64,000 bases of DNA, from positions 2,624,001 through 2,688,000 of the forward strand of contig CM000153.2 in assembly GCA_000004695.1 (NCBI GenBank), written 5' to 3'. Below the pieces are notes generated by a model. That model had not been told where the DNA came from. It ran no database searches and worked only from the letters and a program-made list of their open reading frames with translations. How positions within the stretch are numbered: position 1 is the first letter of the stretch; the number at the start of each line of letters is the position of its first letter. The translations under genes were made by a program, and so were the position numbers. Positions 47,926-64,000 of the stretch are shown here, piece by piece. Source of the DNA: Dictyostelium discoideum. Lineage: Eukaryota.

Positions 47926-48550
47926 TATTTGTCTATTTTTATTTTGAATCTAAATTATTATTGTTATTATATATTATTACTATTACTATTATTATTATTG
48001 TTATTACTAATAATACTATTATAATGTAATCGATTGGAAAATAAAATATAAATTAAAAGGTCTGGTGACTAGGTGGTTGACAAAAAAATAATAAAAAAAA
48101 AATTAAAAATAAAAAAAAAATAAAAAAAAAAAAAAAAATGAAAAATTAATTTGTTTTAAAAAAAAAAAATGACACCACAGTTAGTGTGTTAACGAAAAAT
48201 TAAAAAAAAAAATAAAAATTTTTTAAGAATTTCCCGTAATAACACAATTTTGATAGATATTTTAAATATAATATTTCACCAAACAAAAAAAAAAAAAAAT
48301 TAAATTTGATAAATAAAAAAAATAATAATAACCCATCCAACAAATTAAAATGAGTATCTCAAAAAAAACCTGATTTATATTTGATCATTTTTTTTTGATT
48401 ATTCTTTTTATCCAATTATCGTAAATAAATAAATATATAAAATATTTTAAGAAATTTAGTTTTAAAATTTTTTTTTTTTTTTTTATTGCTTGATTTTTTT
48501 TTTTTTTTTTTTTTTTTCTTATTAATTCTTTTTTTTTATTTTTTTTTTTT

Positions 48551-51180
48551 TTATTTCTTATTTTTACCACCACTTGGTTTTGACTTTTTAGAAGAATCTT
48601 TTGAACGTCCAACAGTTTTTAATTTATTCTTTTGAGCTCTTAAATCTTTCTTCATACGTTTATCAACGATCTTGTATTTACCAGTACCACCACCAGCAGT
48701 TTTTGATTTTTTAGCAATCATGATGATCTTCTTTGGTTTCATATTCTTCTTATCAGTACCAGAGTAAAGTTTTTCAATGGCTTTAGATTTCTCACGATTG
48801 GACATTTCTGGATTATCAACGATACTACTTGCCTTGTCACGAGTTTTCTCCATTTTCTTACCAAGACGATACTTCTTTCTAGCCTTAGCCTCTGCGATCT
48901 TCTTGATTGGACGATCATCAATTTCTTTAATCTTTCTTCTAATTTCATCGACCATTTCTTTGGTGAGTGGAGTTTGAGCTTTATTATGACGATTTTCATC
49001 ATCAGTGAACCAATTTGGTAAACCTGTATCATTGAATGCATATTTATTAAATGAATCATCGATTAAATCTTGTCTTGATTTCTTTCTAATCAAGAATTCA
49101 CCCAATGCTTTAGTTTTAATTTTATCATCAATATCTTCATCCGAGTCTGATTCATATTCAACCTCTTCTTGAACTGGTACTTCTTCGAAACCTTTAATGC
49201 TATTTCCTTTATCATCATCATCATCTTGATCATCTTTATCATCCAATGTTGGATTCTTTTGATATTTACTCTTTTGTTTACCAAATTCAGCACTGTTTGT
49301 AGTTTTTTGTTTCTTTGTAATTGGTTGAGCAGCTTGTGGTTTTTGTTTCTTTAATTTACTAATATCAATTGGTTTATTATTTTCATCATCTTGGTCGTCG
49401 TCGCCATCTTGTTCTGGTTCGGATTCAGAATCACCTGGATTTCTATATTCAACACCACCAAATAATTCATTATCAAAAAATAATGAACTAACAGCTTGAG
49501 CATCTGGTTCTTTACGTTTATTACCAACTAATAATGGATTTGATTCTTCTTGTTCTTCAACAAATTCTTCATCATCTTCATTATAACCATCTTGACCGAT
49601 TTTATCTTTTTTAACTTTAACATCATCTAATTTTGCTGCTTTCTTTCTAATTCTTTGTTGATATAATTTATATTGTTCATCTAATTGTTGTTCAAGATAT
49701 TCATCATCATCAATTAATTTTGAATCACCATTGTTGTCATCGTCGTCATCATCGTCAGAATCATCTGAATCAAATTCATCAGAACTGATATCACTATGAT
49801 CAGCTACAATATCTTCATCAAATTCATCTTTACCCTTCATTGAATATAAATCACCATCGGTAGTTTCTTCAATTTTATCACCTGGAATATGCATTGTTAA
49901 TTCAATCTTTCTTTGATGTTTACGTTTTAATTCATTTTGTCTCTTCTTTTCTTTTCTCTTTTTCTTTTCAACCAAAGCCAAGTACTCCTTCATCTCCTCT
50001 TGCAAATTCTCTTCCATTTCTTCGGCGGTTAATTCTTTCTTTTCCTCTGGTTTCTCGGTCTCTTCCTCATCTGGATTATCCAATTTCTCTTTATAGGCAG
50101 CCATAGCTTTCTTCCATTTAATGATTTTTTGGAAATCATTTTTATTTAAAACTTTCAAATCTTTAACCAACTCTTTAATCTCTGGTGTGGTCAATTCATG
50201 TTGTTCAAAGATTTTTGCGGCTTCATCAAATTCAAAGGCATTGAAATTTGCAAGATCTTGAAGATGTTCATTACTATTGACAAAATCTGAAATGAAACCT
50301 TTTTTATACAATACTGTGACGCCATCTTCGTAACCAGCTCTATTGACTTTTTTCTTCTCTGAAAGAACATCGACTTTCTTAACTTCTTGAATCTCCTTGA
50401 AAACGAATTTTGGATCTAATAATTTTGGATCGATTCTCTTTGGATTCAAAAAGCCTTGACAAACTACGAAAATCTCTGCTGATGCATTACGTGATGATGG
50501 TGGTTTAGTAGATTCAACTTTTTTAAAGAGTTTGTTGAATACCCAAATCAATGAATTATAATCTGAGCCTCTGAAAACTTTAGTTACAAACCAACCACCA
50601 GTAGTAAGGAATTCAGTTGCCAACTTTAATGCATGTAAAGTTAATTCCGCTTGTTGATATGCATCTTGTACCCATGATGTACCCATATTTGGTGCACCAT
50701 CATGTAAACATACATCAACTTTCCATGTTTTCAATGCTTTTTTAATCTCTGTTCTACACTTTTGTGTTGTAATATCTTCTGTTAAACCAATACAATTTCT
50801 AACTTGTCTAATTGGTACTAAATCTACACCAACAATTAATGATTGAACTGGCATATATTTTGATGCAACTTGCATCCTATATAATAATAAAAATAAAAAA
50901 ATAAAAAATAAAAAATAAAAAAAAAAAAACGAGATTAATATTTATTTATTTATAATATTTATATTTTTAATAAAATAATAATAATAATAATAATAAAAAC
51001 TTACCAACCACCTGGTGCAGCACAAAGATCTAAACAAGCTTTTGCGGTACCCAAAAAATTGTATTTTTTATTTAATTGAATTAATTTGAAAGCAGCACGA
51101 GATCTATAACCTTGCTCTTTGGCCATATAGTAAAACTTATCTAAACGACCCTTGGCTAACTTCTTTTTCTTTTGACCCAT
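48551..51180 (-). CDS. AdoMet-dependent rRNA 2'-O-methyltransferase SPB1/FTSJ3, 2 exons
   Basis: Exon 1 51005..51180 ([58 protein letters not shown]+TG, donor GTAAGT). Exon 2 48551..50876 ([23 protein letters not shown]...[15 protein letters not shown]..., then a long acidic/Lys-rich Spb1_C region). FtsJ motifs: [17 protein letters not shown], DVxLHDGAPN. Confidence 0.85.
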
Positions 51181-51773
51181 TTTAGTTTATATATATGTGT
51201 ATCTATATTTATTAATACAGGAATAAATATTTAAGAAGAGAAAAAAAAAAATAAAAAAATTTTGTAAAAAAAAAAAAAATAATAAAAAAAAAAACAAATC
51301 AATTTTACGGATCCGTTCGTTTTTTTTTCTTAAAAAAAAAATTAAAAAAAATTAAAAAAAAAAAAATTCAAAAAAATAAAAAAAAAAAATTAAAAAAAAA
51401 TAAAAATTAAAATGATTAGATAATAAATAAAAGATAATTAATTTTAAATGGTTATTTTTGAACCAAATAATTCTTAACCAAAATTTTTTTTTTTTTTTAC
51501 AAAAATAATAATAATAAAAATAAAAAATGAAAATTTTAAAAAAAATGAGATTTGGTTACTTTACTTTAATTTATTTTATTTTATTTTTGTTTTTTTTTTA
51601 AAAATTTTTTTAATGAATATTTGAATAAAGATCATAAATAAATTAAACTAAATATTTAAATGAAAAATAATAAATAATAATTAAGAAATAAAAACAAAAA
51701 ATCAATAATTTAATTTTTTTTTTTTTTACATTTTATTTTTTTTTTCGAAATTCAAAAAATTTTGATTTTCTGT

Positions 51774-51775
<2 letters not shown>

Positions 51776-51826
<51 letters not shown>

Positions 51827-51834
51827 TTTTTTTT
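51776..51834. repeat. Poly(A) homopolymer of about 59 nt in the divergent intergenic region between the SPB1 and Rieske genes
   Basis: Direct reading. It is followed by further poly(T) blocks. Typical Dictyostelium promoter-region homopolymer. Confidence 0.9.
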
Positions 51835-52533
51835 TTTTTTTTTTCAATTTTTTTTTTTTTTTCATTTTTTTTCATTTTTTAATTGGGGGAAAATACCCTT
51901 CAGAGACTCAATAACCCCCCAACATCATTCGTTCGATTAAATGGTGGGAAAAAAATTAAAAAAAAACTTGGTTTTTTAAATTATAAAAATTAAAAAAAGG
52001 ACCAGCAGATTTTTTAAACCATCTTTAGTTAAAAACTGTAAGTACACACACTTTTTTTTGATTTTTTTTTTTTTTAAAAAAAAATTATTATCTGTTTTTT
52101 ATCTTTATTACAACAATATGTTCACATTTTTTTTTTTAAATATTTTTTTTTTTTTTTTTTAAAAAGAATACTTTTTTTATTTTATTTTATTTTTAATTTC
52201 ACAATCAACCACATTCATTAGAATAATAATCAAACAGCAAACAAAGTGAAAGTATTTAAAAAAAAAAAAAAAAAAAAAACAAATATTTTCATAAAAAAAA
52301 AATAAAAAAGTTAAAAAACAGTGGGAATTTTTTTTTTTTTCATATGAAAACACTATGAAAAAAAAAACAAAAAAAAAATAAAAAAATAAAATAAATATAT
52401 AATATACAATCAAAAAAAATGAAATAAATAAAAAATAAAGAGTTATATATAATAGTAAAATTGTTTAATTTTTTTTTTTTTTTTTTTTTTATTCTCAAAA
52501 CTAACTAAAATTATTATAATTTAAAAAAAAAAG

Positions 52534-53138
52534 GTCGTACATTTGCTACATACAATACAGTTAATTCTACAACATCATTCCCAACTTCACATTTTGAAAA
52601 ATATAGAGCAGAAAAGAATGAAGTTGATCCAGAGAACCGTGGATTTGCTTATTTAGTTGTAGGTGGTGCTGGTGCTGGTTTAGCAGCTATTGCCAAGAAC
52701 ACTGTTGTCACAGCATTAAGTACAATGTCACCAGGTCAAGATATTCTTGCCTTATCATCAGTTGAAGTTGATCTTAGTGGTATCCCAGAATCAACCGCTG
52801 TTGTTGTAAAGTGGAGAGGTAAACCATTATTCATTCGTCACAGATCCGCTGAAGAAATCTCTGAATCACAAGCTGTCCAATTATCAACACTCCCAGATCC
52901 ACAAGCTGATAACGCTCGTTCAAAAGTACCAGAATGGATTATTTTAGTTGGTGTTTGCACTCATTTAGGTTGTATCCCAATTTCAGGTGGTGGTGATTAC
53001 AATGGTTGGTATTGTCCATGTCATGGTTCTCACTATGATAACGCTGGTCGTATTAGAAAGGGTCCTGCCCCAATGAACTTAATCGTTCCACCATATAAAT
53101 TCATTACTTCCGATAAAATCATTGTTGGTGATGAATAA
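52534..53138 (+). CDS. Ubiquinol-cytochrome c reductase Rieske iron-sulfur subunit; last exon encoding the mature protein, 5' presequence exon not resolved
   Basis: Acceptor aaaaaaaaag|GTCGTACATTT at 52532/52534, preceded by a CTAAC branch site at 52501. Translation: ..GRTFATYNTVNSTTSFPTSHFEKYRAEKNEVDPENRGFAYLVVGGAGAGLAAIAK...CTHLGCIPISGGGDYNGWYCPCHGSHYDNAGRIRKGPAPMNLIVPPYKF...*. This contains the Rieske boxes CTHLGC and CPCHGS. No in-frame ATG lies upstream within the exon, so an upstream exon must supply Met plus presequence. One candidate donor is ..AAAAACT|GTAAGT at 52039. Confidence 0.8.
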
Positions 53139-53190
53139 ATTTAAATATTCCATTTAAATAATAATATAATAATAATAATACTTTTTCAAA

Positions 53191-53197
53191 AATACAC

Positions 53198-53262
<65 letters not shown>
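53191..53262. repeat. (AAT)n microsatellite of about 24 units, 3' of the Rieske gene
   Basis: Direct reading. Confidence 0.9.
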
Positions 53263-53639
53263 CAAAAAAAATAATACTCACAATATTTAAAAAACAATAA
53301 CTTTTTTTTTTCCAAAAACAAAATTCAATATATACATAAAATAGTGCTGTACATAAATCTTTAAATAATTTTTGGTACAGCTGTTAAATTACAAAAAAAC
53401 AATACAAAAAAAAAAAAAAAAAAAAAAAAACTCTTTAATTTACTTTTTCTTAAATAATGCGAGAGAATAAAAAAATAAAAATAAAATTTAATTAAAAAAA
53501 AAAAAAAGAAAAAAAAAAAAAATAATTGAAAATTATATTTTATCTATCTAAAAATGAGTTTTTATTGGATTTTGAACTAAAAATTTTAAAACTATTTCAG
53601 GAAATTTTAAAAATAACCGTGATTATTTAGTACTTGGGA

Positions 53640-53830
53640 AAACTGGATCGTTTTCGTTAACTTTTCTAAAATCTGGTCTTTCAACAACAGTGGTGGTATC
53701 TTTGGTTGGTTGTCCGCTTACTAATTTCCTTCAGCTTCTTTCCAGGTGCCTTTATAGTTATCACTGACTTCATATTCTTGACCAACTCTTCCTTCAACAA
53801 TTTTTTCTGGTTCCATACTAAAATTTTTTT
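53640..53830 (-). pseudogene. Small ORF with apparent internal +1 frameshift (MEPEKIVEGRVGQEYEVSDNYKGTWKEAEGN* / LVSGQPTKDTTTVVERPDFRKVNENDPVFPSTK*)
   Basis: A locally GC-richer island with coding-like codon usage. It has an ATG at about 53821 and two consecutive open frames offset by +1 at about 53735 (GGAAATTAGTAAGCGG). The putative gtaagc..ag spacing is far too short for an intron. It is either a sequencing indel or a decayed gene. Confidence 0.3.
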
Positions 53831-53898
53831 TTTTTTTTTTTTATTTTTTTGTTAAACTATTCCACTAAATTTGATACCAAAAAAGTAAATTTTCTTTT

Positions 53899-53904
<6 letters not shown>

Positions 53905-53966
<62 letters not shown>
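53905..53966. repeat. (TA)n dinucleotide microsatellite, about 31 units
   Basis: Direct reading. Confidence 0.95.
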
Positions 53967-53968
<2 letters not shown>

Positions 53969-54621
53969 CTATTTATGAATATTTGGGTTTGGAGAAAAAA
54001 AAAAAAAAAAAAAAAATTAAAAAATATAATTTGTATTTGGGTAGTACAAAAAAAATAATTAAAAAACCAAACTAAGAAAAAGAAGATTAAAAAATGAAAT
54101 TATAAATCAAAAATTTAATTAAAAAAGACCAAATTAGGAGACAAAAGATTTTATAGGAAATGTAATTAGACCATTATTTAAATAATTGTTTTGTGTTTAT
54201 ATATATGTATTTATTTTATTTTATTTTTTTTTTTAAAAAAAACCATTGCTGAAAATAATTGTTTTGTGTTTATATTTATATATTTTTTTAAAAAATTATA
54301 TTAATTTTATTAATGTTAACAAAATCTTTACCATTTTATTTTTTATTTTTTGTTTTTAAAATCTAGAGTCTTTATAAATTTTATGTATTTTTAAATTTAT
54401 TTTATTGATTTTTTTTTTTATTATTTTTTTTGATCAAAAAAAAAAATGTTTTAATTTATTTATTTATTATTATTCATCTTAATTTTTAAGGTTAAGAAAA
54501 CTTCCAATTTTATCAATTTAATTTGGAAAATATTTTCTTTTTGAATTTTAAAGATTTTGTTGCGTTCGGTTGATATTTTTTTATGTGACAAAAATTTTTT
54601 TTTTTTTATTTTTGTTTTTTT

Positions 54622-54624
<3 letters not shown>

Positions 54625-54680
<56 letters not shown>
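54625..54680. repeat. Poly(T) homopolymer of about 56 nt upstream of VAMP7
   Basis: Direct reading. Confidence 0.9.
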
Positions 54681-54682
<2 letters not shown>

Positions 54683-54889
54683 GGGATAAAACTTAATTAT
54701 TTATTTTTTTATTTTTAATTTTAATTTTTTTTTATTTTTTTTTAAAATTTTAATTATTTGTATCATTTTAAATTTTTTTTAATATTAATATATATATATA
54801 ATATTACAAATAGTAAAACAGAAAAATAAAATCAACATTGCAATTAATTTAAATATTAATAAAACACATAAGAAAAGAAATAAATAAAA

Positions 54890-56008
54890 ATGTCACAAAC
54901 TGATATCCTCTACGCCTGTGTTAGTTATAAAGGTGTTTGTTTAGTAGAACATAAAATTGCAAATGGTAATTTTATTGATTTAGCAAGAAGGTAAGAGAAA
55001 TTCAATAAAATAAAAATAAAAATAAAAAAATCTTTAAATAAATTCAATACTAATAATTTAAACTTAAATATAAAACACAACATCAATTCTAAATGATAAT
55101 TTATAAATAACTATATAAATACAATAATAACAATAACAATAACAATAACAATAACAATAATACAACAATTTATCAACTTTTTTTATCAATAGACTTATCA
55201 CAAAGATTCCACCAACAAGTAAAAAGATTTACACATCAGAGAATCATAATTTTCACTATATTTCAGAGAATGATTTAGCGTTTTTATGTTTATGTCACGA
55301 GAAATTAGGAGTTCAAATACCATCAGAATTTTTATCAGATATTAGACAACAATTCATTCGTTCATATGGACAATCATTTTCTCAAAATTCACCAACAGCT
55401 ACATACGACCCATTCATTAGAGTTTTAGAGGAACGTATGAAATATTACTCAAATCCAAAATCGAACAAAATGAATTTAGTTATGGATCAAGTATCAGAAG
55501 CTAAAGGTGCTTTAACTGATGCTATAGGTAGGTTTTTTTTTTTTTTTTTTTTTTATATGTTGTCCACATCATCAAATATTATTGTTGTGTGGGGCGTTTT
55601 TTTTTTTAAAAAATTGGAAAAGATATTTTTTTTTAATTTTTTTAAAAGGTTTTCCGACCTGTGGTTACATCATCAGACATTAACAAATTAATTATTTTAA
55701 TTTTCCAAAAAATATAGAAAAGACAATTCACAGAGGTGAAAAGATTGAAATTATTGTAGATAAAACTGAAAGACTTCAATCAGAATCATTTGTTTTTAAA
55801 AGTAACTCTGTTGCTTTAAAAAGAAAACTTTGGTGGCAAAATAAAAAATTAGCAATTGCAATTGGTTTAGTTGTTTGTGTAAGTTTACCTAAAAAAAAAA
55901 AAAAAAAAAAAAATTAAAATTAAAATCAATTACTAATTCTCTTTTCTTTTATAGATTTTAATTGCTGTAATTACCCTTGCTCTCTTAAAATATTTCAAAG
56001 TAATTTAA
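54890..56008 (+). CDS. Longin-type R-SNARE VAMP7 (synaptobrevin-like), 4 exons
   Basis: Exon 1 54890..54990 (MSQTDILYACVSYKGVCLVEHKIANGNFIDLAR+AG, donor GTAAGA). Exon 2 55193..55527 (RLITKIPPTSKKIYTSENHNFHYISENDLAFLCLCHEKLG...MKYYSNPKSNKMNLVMDQVSEAKGALTDAI+G, donor GTAGGT). Exon 3 55718..55878 (EKTIHRGEKIEIIVDKTERLQSESFVFKSNSVALKRKLWWQNKKLAIAIGLVVC, donor GTAAGT). Exon 4 55955..56008 (ILIAVITLALLKYFKVI*), with a TACTAAT branch site in the last intron. Longin domain (FHY, LCI), SNARE heptads with conserved Arg, and a C-terminal TM; this parallels human VAMP7. Confidence 0.85.
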
Positions 56009-56202
56009 ATAAATCCCTATCAAAACTTTTACACTGGAAATCAAAAAAAAAAAAAAAAAAGACTTTTTATAGAAAAAATAAAAAAATAAAATTTCAAAAA
56101 AGAAAAAAAAAATTAAAAATAAATTCTTGGATTGTACAAAAATAGTTATTTAAATTTGATTTATATTATTTTTTATTCTATTTTTTTTTTTTTTTCTTTT
56201 TT

Positions 56203-59200
56203 TTAATTATCAGTTATCATTGAATCTTTTTGACCAAAACCACCTCCACCTGGAGTAAAAATTATAATTGATTCATTTCTTTCAATGTTGATTGAGTTTT
56301 TACTACCAATATTAATATATTTTCCATTATTTTTTAAAACTAAATTTAAACCTCTTTCAGCATTTTCACCACCCATTAGTCCACGTGGTTGTAATGAACG
56401 ACGTTCTGATAGGATACTTACTGTGAAATTTTTTAAGAATTGAATTTCTCTGACTACACCATCACCACCTTTAAATTTACCATCACCACCTGAACCATAT
56501 CTAACACTAAATTCTTTAACGATTACTGGATAACGTTTTTCCATAATTTCAACATCAGTGATTCTTGTATTGGTCATATGAGATTGAACAGCAGTGAAAC
56601 CATTAAAATTTGGACCAGCACCTGTACCACCAGCAATAGTTTCATAGTAACCCAATGTTTCATCACCAAAAGTTAAATTATTCATACAGCCTTGACTATT
56701 GGCACAAGCACCAAATGCAGATAAAATAACATCGGTTAAACGTTGACTTGTTAAAACATTACCTCCTACGACAGCAGAATCAAATGATGGATTTAAAATT
56801 GAGCCTGGTGGGATTACGGTTAAAATTGGAGCTAAACAACCTTGATTTAATGGTATTTCACTCTTTACCATTGCTCTGAGACTATAGATGGTAGCAGATA
56901 GTGTAATTGACGTTGGTGCATTTGTATTGCCATATACTTCAACACCTGATCCACTCCAATCGAAAATTGCAGACTTTTTCTCACGATCAATGGTTAACTT
57001 TAATTCAATCTTTGAACCATCATCCATATAATCGGTGGAAATAAGTGTATCGAGTGGTTTTAAATTATTTGAAATTGAAATATCATATAACATATCTCTA
57101 ACAGCTAATTCAGCATTCTTTTGAATATGATACATATAGGCATGAACAACATCCAAACCATAATGATTGATTAGCTCTTGCATCAATTGAATACCTTTAT
57201 GATTTGCAGCGATTTGTGCTTTCAAATCACTGATATTATCAGAGAGATTACGTGATTTTTCAAATGTTTTTCTAACTGCCTCTTCTTGGAAATGACCATC
57301 CTTTACAATCTTTAATGACATGATTGCTGCACCCTCTTCAGAGATACTCTTTGAAAAGGGTGGCATTGAACCTGGAGTAATTCCACCAATATCTGCATGA
57401 TGTCCACGAGATGCAACGAAAAATACAATTTCACCTTTATGATAAACTGGTGTCATTACCGTTAAATCTGGTAAATGACTACCACCAGCTTGTGGATGGT
57501 TTGATAAAACTACTTCACCCTCTTTCCAATTGGAACCTAAAGTTTCAACTTGATATTTAACAGCATTTTGCATACTACCTACATGAATTGGAATTGCTGG
57601 AGCATTTGCAACTAAACCACCATCAGGACTAAATAAAGCACAACTAAAATCTAAACGTTCTTTAATGTTTGTAGAGATTGAGGTACGAATGATTATTTTA
57701 CCCATTTGTTCAGCAATACTCATAAAACGATGAGAGAATACAGATAACATAATTGGGTCTAATTCTGTGGTAACTGTTTTACTTTTACCACCACCAATTA
57801 GAATTTCAATGTTACCTGATGGTTTTAAAATATTTGCTTTACAATTTGGTTCAACCACGATTGTAGTTGTATTATCAATAATGATAGCTGGACCATCGAT
57901 TGAATCACCACCACACAATGACTTTAAAAGATAAATTGGTGTATCAATTCTACCAACAGATTCAAAATAACATTTTTGAATGGTTTCAGGTTTTAATGGT
58001 TCACCAGTTGAATCATTGATTCTAAGAGAATTTAAATCGGAGCCACGTGCGTGTACTCTAACTCTAATATCATCAATTAATAAGTCACGACCTAAAATAA
58101 GGAAACCAAATTCTCTCTTATAGTTGCTTTTAAATTCAGCTTCATAGTCATGATTATCGGGTGTTTTAATCATCATTGCTGTATCAGTACCAGAGAATCT
58201 TAAATTTAGAAAACCTTCACAAAATATTTCCTCTTCAGGGAAACCTTTATTCAAGAGTTGTTGTTTTGCATTTTCTTTCAATTGGTTTAATTGTTTTTCA
58301 AAGGTTGATTTATTCTCTTTATTATAGATTAAGGAACATGGTTCTTGAGTATCAATAACCAAATCGGCCAAACCTAAACCATAGGCACTTAAAATTCCAG
58401 AGAATCTATGAATGAAAACTTTTGGCATACCTAAATTTTGAGCGATACTGCATGAATGTTGGCCGCCTGCACCACCAAAACATGCAAGAACATGCTGAGA
58501 ACAATCGAATCCTTTTGCCTCTGTAATGTTTCTAATGGGTCTACACATTGCTTCATTTGCAACTCTAATGAAACCAAAAGCAACTTGATCCTCTGTCATT
58601 AGTGGTAAATTATTGTTTTGTTGAAATTGATTGATTTCATCGGTCAACTCTTTAAATGCCTTTTTGGTTGCCTCTAAATCCAATGGTTCATTTTGATTTG
58701 GACCAAAAATGGGTGGGAAGTATTCTGGTAATAATCTACCCAATAATAAATTTGCATCAGTAATAGCCAATTGACCATTCTTTTTATAACAAACCGGACC
58801 AGGATGTGCACCAACTGATTCAGGACCAACTAAAAATAAACCACTCTTAAAGAATAATCTACTACCACCACCTGCCGCAACTGTATGAATATCTAATTGT
58901 GGTGCTTGAATTGTTAATCCTGATATTTCAGTTTCAAAAACATGATCCAATGTTCCATTATATCTACTAACATCTGTTGATGTACCACCCATATCAAATC
59001 CAATTATTGGTTGTTGTTTAATTTCATTATTGCCATTGTTGTTTTTATGTGATTCAATTACAGTTGAAGTAGTTTTTGAATAACCAACTACACCACCAGC
59101 TGGACCTGATAAAATTGATCTAAAACCTCTAAATGAATCAACTGGACATAAACCACCATCACTCATCATAAATGAAATATCAACATCACCAATATTACTA

Positions 59201-60167
59201 TCGAATCCTTTTGTAAAGTTTTTAATATACAATTCAATTAATGGTGTCAAATATGCATCTACACAACTTGTTAAACCTCTTGGTACTGCTTTAATCATTG
59301 GCATTAATTGATGTGATAATGAAATATGCTCAAATCCAATCTCTTTTGCAATTTCACCAACTAATAATTCATGATCATGAAATGTATATGAATGAATAAA
59401 TACAACTGCAATTGATTTTATACCTTTAACAAAATATTTCTTTTTTTTTTTTTTTTTTTGTGGTATTAATAATTTTATCAATTTCTTTTTTTTTTTTTTT
59501 TTTTTTTTGACTGGATTAGGAAAAAAAAAAAAAATTGGAAAAAAGTTTTTTTTGGAAATTCTAAAAATAGAATTTTGTTTTTTTTTTTTTTAATCAAAAA
59601 ACTTACCAATAATTCAGATTTAATTTTATCTCTATTTGGAATTTCTAAAACTTTAATATAATCACCAGTTGTACCTTTTTTTAAAGAATTTGGAGACTCT
59701 AATTTGATATCATTTAAAACTTGATCATTTGTAACAATTTGAACTCTTTCATCAAGTTCAACCACAGAATTATAGATAAGTTCTGGTTTTGTAATATTTA
59801 ATTCAAATATTTTTGGTCTTGATTGATTACCAATTTGTAAGAGATCTCTAAAACCTTTTGATGTTACCAATAGTACCTTTTCACCTTTTCTCTCTAACAA
59901 AGCATTGGTTCCAACAGTTGTACCCATACGAATTGATTTAATTGCATAGGTATCAACATTTTCTTTTGATATGGATTTACCTTGAATACGTTCCAATATT
60001 CTTCTAATACCTTCACGTGGTGCATCAGAGTAATTCTCTGGATCCACTGATAATAATTTCTCGACAATATAATATGGTTCATAAGGAAATTCTGCATAAA
60101 TATCTGTGAATGTACCACCTCTATCAATATTAAATTTAATTGATTTCTTTAATTTATCAATTGTCAT
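56203..60167 (-). CDS. oplah: 5-oxoprolinase (ATP-hydrolysing), hydantoinase A/B fusion, ~1268 aa, 2 exons
   Basis: Exon 1 59598..60167 (MTIDKLKKSIKFNIDRGGTFTDIYAEF...GFRDLLQIGNQSRPKIFELNI...KSELL, donor GTAAGT). Exon 2 56203..59439 (KYFVKGIKSIAVVFIHSYTFHDHELLVGEIAKEIGFEHISLSHQLMPMIKAVPRGLT..., then the hydantoinase B half ..GGTGAGPNFNG...). The track ORF 56203..59481 begins inside the intron (MIKLLIPQKKKKKKK is not coding). Confidence 0.9.
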
Positions 60168-60449
60168 TTTGAGATTTAAAATAAAAAAAAAAAAAATAAA
60201 AAAATTTACTTGGGTATTTGTGTGAATGATAATGAAATTAATTAAAAAAAATTAAAAAAAAAAATTAAAAAAAAATTAAAAAAAAAAATTGTGAACAATC
60301 ACAAGTTTATAATATCCAAAATAAAAAAAATAAAAAAAAATAAAAAAAAAAAAAAAAAATGAAAAAAAAAAAAAAGTGTTTGAATTGAAACTTAATTTTA
60401 CTTTTATAATTATCATTACCATATTTTATTTTATTTTATTTTTTTTTTG

Positions 60450-60451
<2 letters not shown>

Positions 60452-60533
<82 letters not shown>
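60452..60533. repeat. (ATT)n microsatellite of about 27 units in the intergenic region between the 5-oxoprolinase 5' end and the ATPase 3' end
   Basis: Direct reading. Confidence 0.9.
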
Positions 60534-60547
<14 letters not shown>

Positions 60548-60548
60548 T

Positions 60549-64000
<3,452 letters not shown>

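Noticed and set aside
56203-59481. N-terminus MIKLLIPQKKKKKKKYF of the 1092-aa ORF and the 229-aa ORF tail ..VSFLIKKKKNKILF
   Set aside because: Both lie inside the single intron of the 5-oxoprolinase gene. The real junction is KSELL|KYFVKG.
59894-60127. ORFs 59894..60127(-), 58176..58358(+), 48739..49059(-), 49090..49293(-), 16849..17037(-) and similar ORFs nested inside large genes
   Set aside because: These are alternate-frame ORFs within well-supported longer coding sequences.

Overview
The window is AT-rich (about 75-80% A+T), gene-dense eukaryotic nuclear DNA with the hallmarks of Dictyostelium discoideum. These are long poly(A)/poly(T) and (AAT)n tracts, poly-N/Q/S coding repeats, short introns with GTAAGT-type donors and T-rich acceptors, and recognisable Dictyostelium orthologues. 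I rebuilt about 30 protein-coding genes by hand-splicing the six-frame ORF track; many track ORFs are single exons of spliced genes or intron read-through. Recognisable genes, left to right: cullin-3 N-terminus, AP-4 sigma, Memo1, Tim10, MtnB, an SDR, a cytochrome P450, a PARL-type rhomboid, SAP18, a thioredoxin plus a thioredoxin-like paralogue, an MFS transporter, Spb1/FtsJ3, the Rieske Fe-S protein, VAMP7, 5-oxoprolinase and a P5B ATPase. Two regions stand out. First, 28.9-35.5 kb holds four diverged copies of a tiny three-exon gene with a 10-nt first exon, encoding a 59-aa protein with a PPPY motif and an acidic tail. The copies sit as two tandem pairs in inverted orientation, and the coding sequence is conserved while introns and flanks diverge. 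Second, 7.8-25.7 kb holds four paralogous beta-helix surface-protein genes: two giant multi-pass membrane proteins transcribed divergently, and two ~505-aa single-pass proteins as a divergent pair. I found no rRNA, tRNA or CRISPR features. All calls are from manual translation and remembered family motifs; no database search was run.
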